From: Candidatus Latescibacterota bacterium
Lineage (GTDB): Bacteria; Latescibacterota; UBA2968
Direction of reading: 5' to 3'
DNA: 64,000 nt
Assembly: GCA_965208125.1 (NCBI GenBank)
Contig: OZ242320.1
Span: 5,632,001 to 5,696,000, forward strand
Shown: positions 1 to 9,712 of the stretch, piece after piece
Numbering within the stretch: position 1 is the stretch's first letter
Layout of the letters: every line of letters begins with the position of its first letter
The notes under the pieces: generated by a model
Databases searched by the model: none
Seen by the model: the letters and a program-made list of their open reading frames with translations, nothing else
Told to the model about the DNA's origin: nothing
Translations under genes and position numbers: made by a program

Positions 1-114
1 GTACTCATTGGCATGCACCCGGACAACGACCGAGAAAAAATAGACGAACTTGCAGATGCCATCCGGGAATCTGCACATATCGTAAAACATCGTGAAAAGG
101 AGATTCTGGCATGA
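1..114 (+). CDS. 3' end of an upstream gene, possibly a DegT/DnrJ/EryC1/StrS aminotransferase (partial)
   Basis: Frame 1 reads VLIGMHPDNDREKIDELADAIRESAHIVKHREKEILA*, and its stop overlaps the next start (ATGA at 111-114). It resembles the LPMHP..EEID..I C-terminus of DegT-family proteins. Confidence 0.45.
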   Translation, partial: VLIGMHPDNDREKIDELADAIRESAHIVKHREKEILA

Positions 115-734
115 AAATGCAATGGATGTTGATTCTGATTTTGACTCTGAGTAACACTGTATTGGCTGCGCCGAGTAAACCCGCACCTCGCAAACCCAAG
201 GAAGGCCAAAACGAAGTCGCGATCCGTCACCACAAAGAAGGCTTGCGCCATCGGGATGCGGCCTGGGTCTATGAAGAAAAAATGTCGGGCATAGAAGGAG
301 AAGAGCGAGAAAAATACGCGCGGTTTATCCAGGACCTGTACAATCGCGCAAAGGGAGAGTTTGCAAAAGCAACCGAGTTGGACTCCACCTATTACCAGGC
401 ATTTAGCAGTTTGGGATACGTCAAGCGCAAAACCGGGGATATAGACGGAGCAATGGCAGCGTACAATCGCGCTTTGACATTAAATCCAAACTACGCAGAA
501 GCCATTGAATATCGCGCAGAAGCGTATTTGATCATGGGACAGGTGGAAGAAATGAAAAAAGCGTATGGGGTATTGGCCGCACTGAACCGCCCTCACGCAG
601 CGCGATTGTTGACCTTTGTAACACAATGGGCAGATGGCGCAACCGATGCAGATATGGCGACCTCTTTGCGGACATGGGCATCTGAACAAAAAGAAAAACT
701 CGGTGAGGTAAAAACATTTGTCGAGAAGTGGTGA
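111..734 (+). CDS. Secreted tetratricopeptide repeat protein
   Basis: Signal peptide; TPR motifs AFSSLGYV..GDIDGAMAAYNRALTLNPNYAEA; AGGAG RBS upstream. Confidence 0.8.
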   Translation: MKMQWMLILILTLSNTVLAAPSKPAPRKPKEGQNEVAIRHHKEGLRHRDAAWVYEEKMSGIEGEEREKYARFIQDLYNRAKGEFAKATELDSTYYQAFSSLGYVKRKTGDIDGAMAAYNRALTLNPNYAEAIEYRAEAYLIMGQVEEMKKAYGVLAALNRPHAARLLTFVTQWADGATDADMATSLRTWASEQKEKLGEVKTFVEKW

Positions 735-778
735 TCCGCAGATGACGCAGATGAAAAAGAGGGGCTGGGGTGTGCGGG

Positions 779-803
779 CTGACTACTGACTACTGACTAC
801 TGA
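779..803 (+). repeat. 7-bp tandem repeat (CTGACTA)x3.5 overlapping the DUF445 stop
   Basis: ctgacta ctgacta ctgacta ctga read directly. Confidence 0.8.
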
Positions 804-1496
804 AGTAATCAAACCAATAAAACCACCAAAAACCCCGCCCCAAACAACCAGCCAGCCCAGATGTTTGTGAATCATATCCTGGACTATGGTCTTAACCATT
901 TCGGGTGTCAACTCGTTTAGACGCTGCATAACAATGGCATCGACCCTATCAATCATTTCGTCCGTATAACTCGCGGTATTCAATCCCCTCTGGATGGCAT
1001 CGAGAAATTTGGGTGAAGAGAGCAAGAGGCGAATTTCTGCCTGAACTTTTTCGACAAAAGGATCTTTGAGAGGCTGTAATATCGCCGCACCGCCGATCAT
1101 ATTGATCATGCCGCCAAAAGGAGAAGTCATAACAGCCTCCATCAGGCGACTGAAGATGCGGTCGCAGTCAACGGCCTCAATAATGGGGTCGGCATCAAAT
1201 TCATCTGGAATTTTTTGTTCGGCGAGAAATTTTTTAACATTTTCAGCGGTAAAAAACTGATTCATAATCAAAGCGTGGATACCCGTCTTAAATTCTTCAA
1301 ATCGGCTCGGCACAACGCCCGAACCGTAGAGTCCCGGTACTTTCTCAAAAAGCATGTAAACCGCCAACCAGTTGGTCAAAGCGCCCGAAGTTGCAAAAAG
1401 CCCAACCGCGAGTAAATGATCGGAATAAACAGGACTGACATAACCTGCGCCGATCGTGCCAACCGCGAGCAGATTTGTCACAAGACTTTTATTCAT
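783..1496 (-). CDS. DUF445 family membrane protein
   Basis: MNKSLVTN..GALTNWLAVYMLFEKVPGLYGSGVVP and C-terminal HLGWLVVWGGVFGG; start taken at the internal Met (1496). Confidence 0.85.
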   Translation of the reverse strand: MNKSLVTNLLAVGTIGAGYVSPVYSDHLLAVGLFATSGALTNWLAVYMLFEKVPGLYGSGVVPSRFEEFKTGIHALIMNQFFTAENVKKFLAEQKIPDEFDADPIIEAVDCDRIFSRLMEAVMTSPFGGMINMIGGAAILQPLKDPFVEKVQAEIRLLLSSPKFLDAIQRGLNTASYTDEMIDRVDAIVMQRLNELTPEMVKTIVQDMIHKHLGWLVVWGGVFGGFIGLITSVVSSQ

Positions 1497-1518
1497 ACTG
1501 GTTTCCTTACAGGGAATC

Positions 1519-2595
1519 TCATGCGTGGAGATAACAGAACAACGTGGCAATCAGATTGTCAAAAACGCGCAGACGGCAGACCTCATAACCATGGGAATTT
1601 TCTCTCGGATACCCAATAGTTGCAGCCCGGGGCGCGTGGCCCGCCTGAAGAACGCCCGAGGCATCGGACGCCGCGCGATCGTACACGGCGTATTGCAACT
1701 CTGTACCCGCGCGTTGAGCCGCTGCTGCGAGGTCGGCAATCAGGCCCTGATCAAAATGCATCTGGCTATCTCTTGACCAGATCGCCGGACGACCATCGAG
1801 CTGAAGTTGTTGGTTCCTCGGCATAGGGGCAGAATCAACCGCGATAAAAATTTCGACCGGATTTCGCGCTGTCCAACCGCGTGCCCCAATCAATCCAGTT
1901 TCTTCCTGAACGAGAAAACACAAACAGGTAGTGCGACTGGGCTGTGTCTTTTCTTCCGAAATGCGCTGAAGCAGGCGCAACAGTGTGAGACTCCCGCCCC
2001 GGTTGTCAAATAACCACGCGGAAACGAGCGGATCGTCGGGTGGCCCAAAAAAATGAGGACCGCGCACACCGGCCACTGGCACAGCAGTCGATCCAACGCG
2101 CACGCCTGCGCGGGAAAGCTGATCAGGTGTCAAACCAGTAAGCAAATGACAATAGGGCCAGGTAATGCCGCTTTGCCCCGTTGCAAATTGCGTGTTGGGA
2201 TCCGAGGGATCAGTCGTATGCGTAGAACCAAAACAGAGATGTGCCGCAACCGTCTCTGCGCCATCTGAAACGATTTCAACAGGACATTCGCCGAGTTTCC
2301 AGGGATGCAACCCACCACTCGGGCGCACCTGCAACGTACCATCGGCATTAATCGCGGTAATCACCATAGCGAGTTCGTCCATGTGGCTGGCAAGCGCGAT
2401 GCGCCCCAGATCGGGATTTTGCCCGGGAATTTCCACCCAAACATTGCCCTGCTGGTCTTGTTTCGGTGCATGCCCCAAATCGGCAATGCGATCCATAATA
2501 ACCCGGGCCATAAGTTCTTCGCGGCCCGATGGCGCAGGAACGCGCAAAAGGTCTGACAGCAGAAGTACATTGGGATCATCTTGAGGATAGGACAT
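1519..2595 (-). CDS. M42 family (TET-like) metallopeptidase
   Basis: Motifs PSGRE, SHMDE, DNR, QEETG, VDS, H-x-x-E. Confidence 0.85.
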   Translation of the reverse strand: MSYPQDDPNVLLLSDLLRVPAPSGREELMARVIMDRIADLGHAPKQDQQGNVWVEIPGQNPDLGRIALASHMDELAMVITAINADGTLQVRPSGGLHPWKLGECPVEIVSDGAETVAAHLCFGSTHTTDPSDPNTQFATGQSGITWPYCHLLTGLTPDQLSRAGVRVGSTAVPVAGVRGPHFFGPPDDPLVSAWLFDNRGGSLTLLRLLQRISEEKTQPSRTTCLCFLVQEETGLIGARGWTARNPVEIFIAVDSAPMPRNQQLQLDGRPAIWSRDSQMHFDQGLIADLAAAAQRAGTELQYAVYDRAASDASGVLQAGHAPRAATIGYPRENSHGYEVCRLRVFDNLIATLFCYLHA

Positions 2596-2714
2596 AGATC
2601 TTCACCTTTTCGTTTCATGTTTATTATCGACCATTAAGAATACGCTGGCGTGTACAATTTATCAAGTGCTTTCAAAATTCCTGAAGCCTTTTGGTGTATT
2701 ATCCGTCCAATGAT

Positions 2715-2746
2715 TTGACATAAACTCTTACACCCTTTTATATAAA
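2715..2746 (+). promoter_or_regulatory. Putative sigma70 promoter for the RND gene, possibly giving a near-leaderless transcript
   Basis: TTGACA at 2715-2720, TATATA/TATAAA at 2739-2746, ATG at 2752 with no SD sequence. Confidence 0.45.
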
Positions 2747-2751
2747 AAAAT

Positions 2752-5700
2752 ATGAACCGCCAATCTTCCCTACTACCGCGCATTTCAGTGAATCGCCCCG
2801 TTACGGTTGCGATGTGCCTGGTCGCGTTATTACTGGTGGGTATTATGGCCTATTTTCGCGTACCGGTGAAATTTTTCCCCTCGGGATTTACACCGGCTTT
2901 TTTGTATGTGGATATTGAATACAATCACCGCAATGCCTCGCCCCAGGAAGCCGAACAACAAATCGCTCGCCCGCTGGAAGAGCAATTGCGCGCCGTAAAA
3001 GGCATAAAGAAAATTCGCACGTACAGCGCGTCTTATGGCGTGGATGCGCCCATTGAGTTTCAGCCCGATACAGATATGGTCCTGGCTTATAATCAGGTGG
3101 TCGATCGCCTTGAGCGTCTCAAATTAGAATTGCCCGAGGAAGTGCGCGATCAAGTCTATGTGTATAAATTTAATGTAGATAGCTGGTCCATTATGTGGGC
3201 GGGCGTCTCTCTGGATTCATCGGTTGTCGATCCCTACCAGTTCTTAAACCTGCATGTGAAACGGCGTTTGGAGCGGGTCGAGGGCGTGGGCAGAGTCAGC
3301 TTTTGGGGCGTGGATGAGAAAGAAGTCATGATTGAACTCAGCCACGAGCGATTGATGACCCGGGGGGTGGATTTGGGAACGGTGGTGCAATCGCTGCGCT
3401 CGGACAACTTCGCGCTTTCGGTCGGGCATGTTCGCGAAGGCGGCAAGCGATTTTTTGTGCGATCGCTCGCCAAATATCAAAGTATAGATGAAATCAAAAA
3501 TATTCTCATCCGCACGCCACGGGGTGAAGTCCGCCTTGGAGATATATCAGACGTGGTTTACGATATTCCCGGACGGTCATGGTTTCAGCGCATTGATGGG
3601 CGAGAGGCTGTATCGATCGCGATTTATCAAGAATCGGGCGCCAATATTGTAGAAGTATGCGAGCGCGTGGTGGTGGCTTTTCAGGAGATTGAAAACGATC
3701 CGTTGATGGAAAAAAAGATCGATTTTAATGTGTTTTTTAATCAGGGCGAATACATCAGCGATTCGATTCGCAATTTGGAAACCACAGGACTTTGGGGTGG
3801 GCTATTTGCCGCAATGGTCTTGCTATTCTTTTTGCGAACATTGCGGATGACGGCGATTATCACCCTATCTATCCCCCTGTGTGTGATGATTACAATTACG
3901 GCACTTTATTTTCTCGGTTGGTCGCTCAATGTCCTGACCATGATGGGACTGATGGTAGGCGTGGGGATGGTGGTCGATAATGCCATTGTGATCCTGGAAA
4001 ACATCTATCGCATGCGCGGCAAAGGGCTACCCACCAAAGAAGCGGCCATCGCAGGTGCTGGCGAAGTCGGGTTGGCGATCACCATGGCAACGCTGACAAC
4101 CGTCGTCGTATTTTTGCCGCTGATGCTGATGAGCGGCAGTGTAGAACTGACCTTTTTTCTCGCGCGCATTGGTGTGCCAGTTGTGGTCGCACTTGTTGGA
4201 TCGCTATTTGTGGCACTCATTTTTATTCCACAGGCATCATTGCGCTTTGGAAGTTCCCAGGTCAAATCCGACCCCGCGATAATTCAACGCACGCGCCATT
4301 ATTACGCACGCATGCTGAACTGGACACTCACCCACCGGCGCGATGCATTTTTGATCGCCCTCGCCCTGCTCGGAAGCATCAGCTATCCAATGAACGAACT
4401 CAAACGCGGCGATTCGGACGGCAGCATGCTCAACGATTTTCGCATCGAGTTTAGTTTTCCAAAGGATTTTGGCATTCGCGATGCCAGCGACACAATCGCA
4501 GAAGTCGAGGATTTTTTAGATGCCCGCCGCGAGAAATACGGGATTGAAACCATGCGCGTGTGGTTCAGATCTACGTATGGCTCCATTCACGTCTTTCTGA
4601 AAAAGACCAATGAGGCGTGGTGGCAGACAACCTATAAATCCGTACGCGCATTGATCGGTATTCCCATACAACAGCACTTACCGCGCAACGCCGTGATCGA
4701 AGACCTGAAAAAGCACGCCCCCCAATTTGTAGGTGTCAAAGTGGCTGTACAGGGGCAAAGCAGAAGCGGTGGTGAAGGCGGTGATTCTGCCGTTTCACTG
4801 GCTCTCTATGGAGATGATGTCGATGTGCTCGCGGATCTGGTGCAAGAGGTTGACCGACGGCTAAAAGAAATCCCATCGGTCATAAGCGTAGATTCAGACC
4901 TGGAACGCGCCAATGATGAGGTACAGGTCATTATTGACCGGGAACGCGCACAAAAATTAGGACTCGTAGCTCGAGACGTGGGACGCAGCATTGGTTTCGC
5001 CCTCCAGGGCGTACAATTGCCCTATCTCCAGTCTGACAACCACGAAATCAGGGTGCGGCTGTATTTGGAAAAATTGAACCAGCAAACACTGCAACGCCTG
5101 AAGCGTTTGACTTTTCCTTCTGAAACGGGCGCACAGGTTTCATTGCTGGATTTTGCCACCCTGCGCGTAAATCAGGGGCGCGGCACCATCAGACGCGAAG
5201 ATGGCAAAACGAGGTTGCGGGTGCGGGCTTTCACGACTGAAGAAGATGTCAAAGAGCTATATGGAGAAATTGACCGCGCAATGGAAGGATTTGAAATGCC
5301 GCGCGGTTATACCTGGGACAAAGGCGAAAGATATTCCAAGCTGAGGGAAGAAGATTATACTATGTATTTTGCCGCGATTATGGCCGTGACCTGTGTCTTC
5401 CTTTTGATGGGCGTTTTGTTCGAATCTTTTATACTGCCATTTTCTGTTTTGTTTTCCATCCCCTTTGCCTTTCTGGGAGTTTATTGGACATTATTTGCGA
5501 CCCAAACACCTATGGAAGGGTTGGCCATGGTAGGCATCATTGTGCTCATCGGTGTGGTCGTCAACAATGCGATTGTACTGGTCGATATGGTGAACCGCCT
5601 GCGCGCAGAGGGCATGCATCGAACCGCTGCAATCATGGAGGCAGGCGCAAATCGTTTCCGCCCCATTATGATGACGACATTTACAACAGTCTGCGGCCTT

Positions 5701-5925
5701 TTGCCAATGGCTCTGGGAAGCAGTAAAGTTCTGGGCCAGCCCTATGCACCTATGGGATTCACCATGATCGGTGGCCTGCTCTCTTCGACCCTGCTCACCC
5801 TGCTGCTCGTACCCCTGTTTTACACATTTTTGGATGACTTGCGCTCAGCCCTCAAAAGGTTGACAAGCAGTACCCTCAACGCGCTAAAAGTTGGCGATAC
5901 ACAAGCGGCGGACCTGGCGGATTAA
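2752..5925 (+). CDS. RND efflux transporter permease subunit (AcrB/AcrD/AcrF family)
   Basis: 1057 aa; GMVVDNAIVILENI, GVVVNNAIVLVD, RFRPIMMTT motifs. Confidence 0.95.
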   Translation: MNRQSSLLPRISVNRPVTVAMCLVALLLVGIMAYFRVPVKFFPSGFTPAFLYVDIEYNHRNASPQEAEQQIARPLEEQLRAVKGIKKIRTYSASYGVDAPIEFQPDTDMVLAYNQVVDRLERLKLELPEEVRDQVYVYKFNVDSWSIMWAGVSLDSSVVDPYQFLNLHVKRRLERVEGVGRVSFWGVDEKEVMIELSHERLMTRGVDLGTVVQSLRSDNFALSVGHVREGGKRFFVRSLAKYQSIDEIKNILIRTPRGEVRLGDISDVVYDIPGRSWFQRIDGREAVSIAIYQESGANIVEVCERVVVAFQEIENDPLMEKKIDFNVFFNQGEYISDSIRNLETTGLWGGLFAAMVLLFFLRTLRMTAIITLSIPLCVMITITALYFLGWSLNVLTMMGLMVGVGMVVDNAIVILENIYRMRGKGLPTKEAAIAGAGEVGLAITMATLTTVVVFLPLMLMSGSVELTFFLARIGVPVVVALVGSLFVALIFIPQASLRFGSSQVKSDPAIIQRTRHYYARMLNWTLTHRRDAFLIALALLGSISYPMNELKRGDSDGSMLNDFRIEFSFPKDFGIRDASDTIAEVEDFLDARREKYGIETMRVWFRSTYGSIHVFLKKTNEAWWQTTYKSVRALIGIPIQQHLPRNAVIEDLKKHAPQFVGVKVAVQGQSRSGGEGGDSAVSLALYGDDVDVLADLVQEVDRRLKEIPSVISVDSDLERANDEVQVIIDRERAQKLGLVARDVGRSIGFALQGVQLPYLQSDNHEIRVRLYLEKLNQQTLQRLKRLTFPSETGAQVSLLDFATLRVNQGRGTIRREDGKTRLRVRAFTTEEDVKELYGEIDRAMEGFEMPRGYTWDKGERYSKLREEDYTMYFAAIMAVTCVFLLMGVLFESFILPFSVLFSIPFAFLGVYWTLFATQTPMEGLAMVGIIVLIGVVVNNAIVLVDMVNRLRAEGMHRTAAIMEAGANRFRPIMMTTFTTVCGLLPMALGSSKVLGQPYAPMGFTMIGGLLSSTLLTLLLVPLFYTFLDDLRSALKRLTSSTLNALKVGDTQAADLAD

Positions 5926-5951
5926 AGAGAGATTTTCTTCATGTTTGAACC

Positions 5952-6977
5952 TCACGAAAGTTCGACATCCACAGGAGCTTTTCGCTCAATACTATCGCAA
6001 ATCGCCTCGCATACCACCATCGCCTGACACGCATCTCTCAGAGTTGGCGAATTTGACACACCCTTTTGTACAGCCCGCGCAAAAGCCTGCATTTGCCCCC
6101 AGTACCCACCTCGTTTTTCCGCATTGTCCCGCACCGCGGGTAAATAAGACTGGGCTGGAATACCGGGCGAAGGCTGGTATCCCCCTTCGGGCGAGTGGGG
6201 TTCAAAATCCAGCGTATGCAAATTCACCAGACGCAAATGCGCTCGTGCATCGCCTGCCGCTTCAATCTTACACGTCCAATTTGGGGTACAACCCGTCAGC
6301 GTAATCATTCCAGTAGCACCACTATCAAAATGCGCGGTACAGGCAATTGCAAATCGCCCGCCCTCACCGACCGACAAATCCGCGTAAACCCGCTCGATTT
6401 CCCCGCCCAAAAAACGCGCGAGATCTACCGCATGCGTTGACTGAAAAATCATATACTGCCAGCCCGCGCGATAGTCCATATCGTCTGGCCACATCGGACC
6501 TGGCATAAAATATCGACTCTCCAAAAAAAGCAATTTTCCAAACTCGGGCGTCGCCATCAGTTCTCGAAATTTTTGTACCCCAGGCGCGTGTCGCATATTG
6601 TGACCAATCTGCGTAATCAGCCCTCGTCCCTCAGCCATATCGGCCAACTCCCGCGCATGGGCGGTTAAACGCGCCGGAGGCTTCTCCATCATCAACGGCA
6701 ACCCCGCCGCCAGCACCTGCCTGCCGCACTCAAAATGCATATCCGGCGGCCCCACGACCATCACGGCATCCAGGTCTTCCTTCTCTATCATATCAGACAA
6801 ATTTGTGTACCATCTTCTCGCCCCAAAAAACCGCGCATTCCGCTCGGCCAGCGCCGCTTGCAGATCACAGCAGGCGTATAAATCCAATTCTGGTATGGTT
6901 GCAAAATTGGGATACCACGATGCACTCGCCTGTTTCCCACAGCCAACAAACCCAACGCGAACAGGTGCATCACTCAT
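5952..6977 (-). CDS. Gfo/Idh/MocA family oxidoreductase
   Basis: RVGFVGCG Rossmann motif, MEKP, HAVD. Confidence 0.9.
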   Translation of the reverse strand: MSDAPVRVGFVGCGKQASASWYPNFATIPELDLYACCDLQAALAERNARFFGARRWYTNLSDMIEKEDLDAVMVVGPPDMHFECGRQVLAAGLPLMMEKPPARLTAHARELADMAEGRGLITQIGHNMRHAPGVQKFRELMATPEFGKLLFLESRYFMPGPMWPDDMDYRAGWQYMIFQSTHAVDLARFLGGEIERVYADLSVGEGGRFAIACTAHFDSGATGMITLTGCTPNWTCKIEAAGDARAHLRLVNLHTLDFEPHSPEGGYQPSPGIPAQSYLPAVRDNAEKRGGYWGQMQAFARAVQKGVSNSPTLRDACQAMVVCEAICDSIERKAPVDVELS

Positions 6978-7522
6978 TTCTCACCTCTCAGTTTATTGCG
7001 AAACGACTTGCGAAACTTTTGCACCTTGGGATTGATGACAAAGATGCAATAAGGTTGATATGGATTATCGACAAAATAATTCTGATGATACGCTTCCCCC
7101 TCGTAAAATATTGGAAGCGGAGCAATCTCAGTCACAATCGGATCGGCCCACAAATCCGACGCATCTGTCTCGGCCTTTGACTGCTCGGCAATGCTCTTCT
7201 GCTGTTCATCGTGATAATAGATCACCGACCGATACTGCGTACCCACGTCATTCCCCTGGCGATTCAATGTCGTTGGATCATGTGTGCGCCAGAAAATGAA
7301 CAAAATCTCCTCAAACGAAATCACAGTCGGATCAAACACAATCTGCACCACCTCGGCGTGCCCTGTGGTACCTGAACACACCTCATGGTACGTCGGGTTC
7401 TCTACCGCTCCCCCTGCGTACCCTGACACGACTTTATGCACGCCAATCACATCCTGATAAATCGCCTCCACACACCAAAAACACCCGCCTCCAAGCGTCG
7501 CGGTCTCCATTGTCCTGGACAT
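6974..7522 (-). CDS. msrA: Peptide methionine sulfoxide reductase A
   Basis: GGGCFWCVE, GTTGHAEVVQ, QGNDVGTQYRS, EAYHQNY. Confidence 0.97.
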   Translation of the reverse strand: MSRTMETATLGGGCFWCVEAIYQDVIGVHKVVSGYAGGAVENPTYHEVCSGTTGHAEVVQIVFDPTVISFEEILFIFWRTHDPTTLNRQGNDVGTQYRSVIYYHDEQQKSIAEQSKAETDASDLWADPIVTEIAPLPIFYEGEAYHQNYFVDNPYQPYCIFVINPKVQKFRKSFRNKLRGEK

Positions 7523-7570
7523 ATCGATACTCCTTATTTAGGTGCTTATGTCTTGCACGCCCGATGTTCT

Positions 7571-8698
7571 TCAGAAAACCTGTGAAAAGGTGATGTAGAT
7601 CGCCCTGCGACCACCCGAGATGCCGTAGTCGGCCCGCACGATCGTGCTCTGCCAGTGACAACGCAGACCCATGCCGATACCACCGCGCCATCCGTCGCGC
7701 GTCGGCAGCGCGTCGCGGGCAAAGATCTGCCCCATGTCGCCGAAGGCCACCAGCCCCAGATACAGGTGCTGCCGGTGCCATACCGGCATCCCGCGCCAGC
7801 GCAACTCGCCGTTGAACACGATCCGCGCCGCGCCCCGGTCCCTGGCATGGGCTATGCCGCGGACCGTGCTGCCGCCTCCCAGTTCCAGTTCTTCGTAGAA
7901 GGGCAAGTCCCCGATGGTCCAGTTGACGCGCAGGCGATTGGCGACCACCAGTCCGCGCCCCAAGGTGTTGAAGTGTCGGTGGTCGAAACCGAGCGTCACC
8001 CCCTGGTAATCTCCACCGCCGCCAACCCCAAAGTCCACCAGCAACTCCTCCAGCACGCCCGAGGTCGCATTGTTGTAATTGTCGCGGGTGTCGTAGCGCA
8101 ACGAACCGACAAACTGCGCGAACGCGCCCCCGTCCGCGCCGAGAGGGTCGAGCGTGGAGAGGACGCCATCGGCGGCATTCGGCTCAATATCGCAGTGGCT
8201 TAAACGCCCCCCGAGACGCAGGTGCCAAGGGATGCGCAGGGTGCGGATCCACTTGACCTTGAACTCCGGAAAAGCTTGTCGGAACGTCCTCTGTTCCCGC
8301 GAATACCCGGCGATATCCTCGTCGCTGAGGCCGCCGTAGTAATTGGCGAATTCCTCCTTCTCGTAAACCAGTTCGGCCTCGAGCCGCTGCTTGGCCCGAA
8401 ATTCAGGCGTATCCACGAGCAAGCGGTGTACCCACTTGCCCTTGGTTGAAATAAATACCTGGGCACTGTATTTGCGGCGATAGGGTACGCTCTGACCGTC
8501 GTATTCGAAGAGATTGACCCGCAGCCCGTATCCCATGCCATCGTCCGAGTTGAAATTCAGCAGCGGTACCGCGGTCGGTCGCCAGCCGACTGTCTCGTGG
8601 ACCTGTTGTGCCTCACTCGGACAAGCCCACGCGAGCACCAGGGCCACCACAATGTTTCGATTCAGCATAGGCCGATCCTCACGTTTGATGAACTGCAA
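7571..8698 (-). CDS. Omp85/BamA-TamA family beta-barrel without POTRA domains
   Basis: YDTRDN, LGGGSTVRG (VRGF-like loop), ELRW, GIGMGLR, RADYG, C-terminal Phe; signal peptide (start may be 8668). Confidence 0.8.
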   Translation of the reverse strand: MQFIKREDRPMLNRNIVVALVLAWACPSEAQQVHETVGWRPTAVPLLNFNSDDGMGYGLRVNLFEYDGQSVPYRRKYSAQVFISTKGKWVHRLLVDTPEFRAKQRLEAELVYEKEEFANYYGGLSDEDIAGYSREQRTFRQAFPEFKVKWIRTLRIPWHLRLGGRLSHCDIEPNAADGVLSTLDPLGADGGAFAQFVGSLRYDTRDNYNNATSGVLEELLVDFGVGGGGDYQGVTLGFDHRHFNTLGRGLVVANRLRVNWTIGDLPFYEELELGGGSTVRGIAHARDRGAARIVFNGELRWRGMPVWHRQHLYLGLVAFGDMGQIFARDALPTRDGWRGGIGMGLRCHWQSTIVRADYGISGGRRAIYITFSQVF

Positions 8699-8871
8699 AT
8701 GCTGAAAACTGCGTCACTATTTTTACTTCCTTATCCACCGTTTGTCAAGGCGAAATCGGAATCCCGCCGCACAACAGATGGCGATTTTCTATTTGACACA
8801 CGCGCTCTATCCTATCAAATTAAACCCTTGTTTTAGACCGCTACTTTTCCCCAACCTTAAAGGAGATTTAC

Positions 8872-9696
8872 ATGCCCCAACGGGAATTTAACCTCAAATA
8901 CGCCCCGCACTACGGACATTTCTCACACAGCGCGGGCGATGACTACCTCGACCAGCTCAAATACGCCGCGGATCAGGGCTTTACAGCCTGGGAAGACAAT
9001 GGCATGCCCAAACGCGATGTGGGAATGCAAGAAAAAATCGCCGCAGAAATGACCCGATTAAACCTCGAAATGGGCGTTTTTGTCGCCACGGGATCTTTTT
9101 CAGACGTCACATTTGCCGGCGACGACGAAGATGCAAAACAGGCCGTGTTAAAAGATATCAAAGCCGCCATTGAAGTTGCCAAGCGCGTAAATGCAAAATG
9201 GTGTACGGTCGTGCCCGGGCTTTACGACTTAAAACTCGCGTGGGATTATCAAACAGCCAATGTGATCGAACTGCTCAAACGATGCTGCGACATTCTCGAA
9301 GAATCGGGTCTGGTAATGGTCTTAGAACCGCTCAACCGCCTGACGAACCACCCCCGCGTTTATCTGGCTGAATCGCCGCAAGCCTACCTGATCTGCCAGA
9401 CCGTCAACCACCCGTGTTGCAAAATCCTCTTTGACATCTACCACCAGCAAATCACCGAAGGCAATCTCATTCCCAACATCGACCGCTGCTGGTCTGAAAT
9501 CGGTGTTTTTCAAGTAGGCGATAATCCCGGTCGCAAAGAACCCACCACCGGCGAAATCAACTACAAAAGTATCTTCAAGCATCTACACGAAAAAGGCTGC
9601 ACGAGCATCGTCGGCATGGAACACGGCATCAGCCTGCCCGGCAAAGAAGGCGAAGACCGCCTTATCCAGGCTTATGTCGAATCGGATGATTTTTAG
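8872..9696 (+). CDS. Hydroxypyruvate isomerase-like / xylose isomerase-like TIM barrel protein
   Basis: VLEPLN, KILFDIYHQQITEGN, QVGDNPGRKEPTTGEINY, GMEH. Confidence 0.9.
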   Translation: MPQREFNLKYAPHYGHFSHSAGDDYLDQLKYAADQGFTAWEDNGMPKRDVGMQEKIAAEMTRLNLEMGVFVATGSFSDVTFAGDDEDAKQAVLKDIKAAIEVAKRVNAKWCTVVPGLYDLKLAWDYQTANVIELLKRCCDILEESGLVMVLEPLNRLTNHPRVYLAESPQAYLICQTVNHPCCKILFDIYHQQITEGNLIPNIDRCWSEIGVFQVGDNPGRKEPTTGEINYKSIFKHLHEKGCTSIVGMEHGISLPGKEGEDRLIQAYVESDDF

Positions 9697-9712
9697 GTAA
9701 GGAGTCCATCTC

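Noticed and set aside
8793-8821. TTGACA upstream of the TIM-barrel gene
   Set aside because: No convincing -10 box at 16-18 bp spacing.
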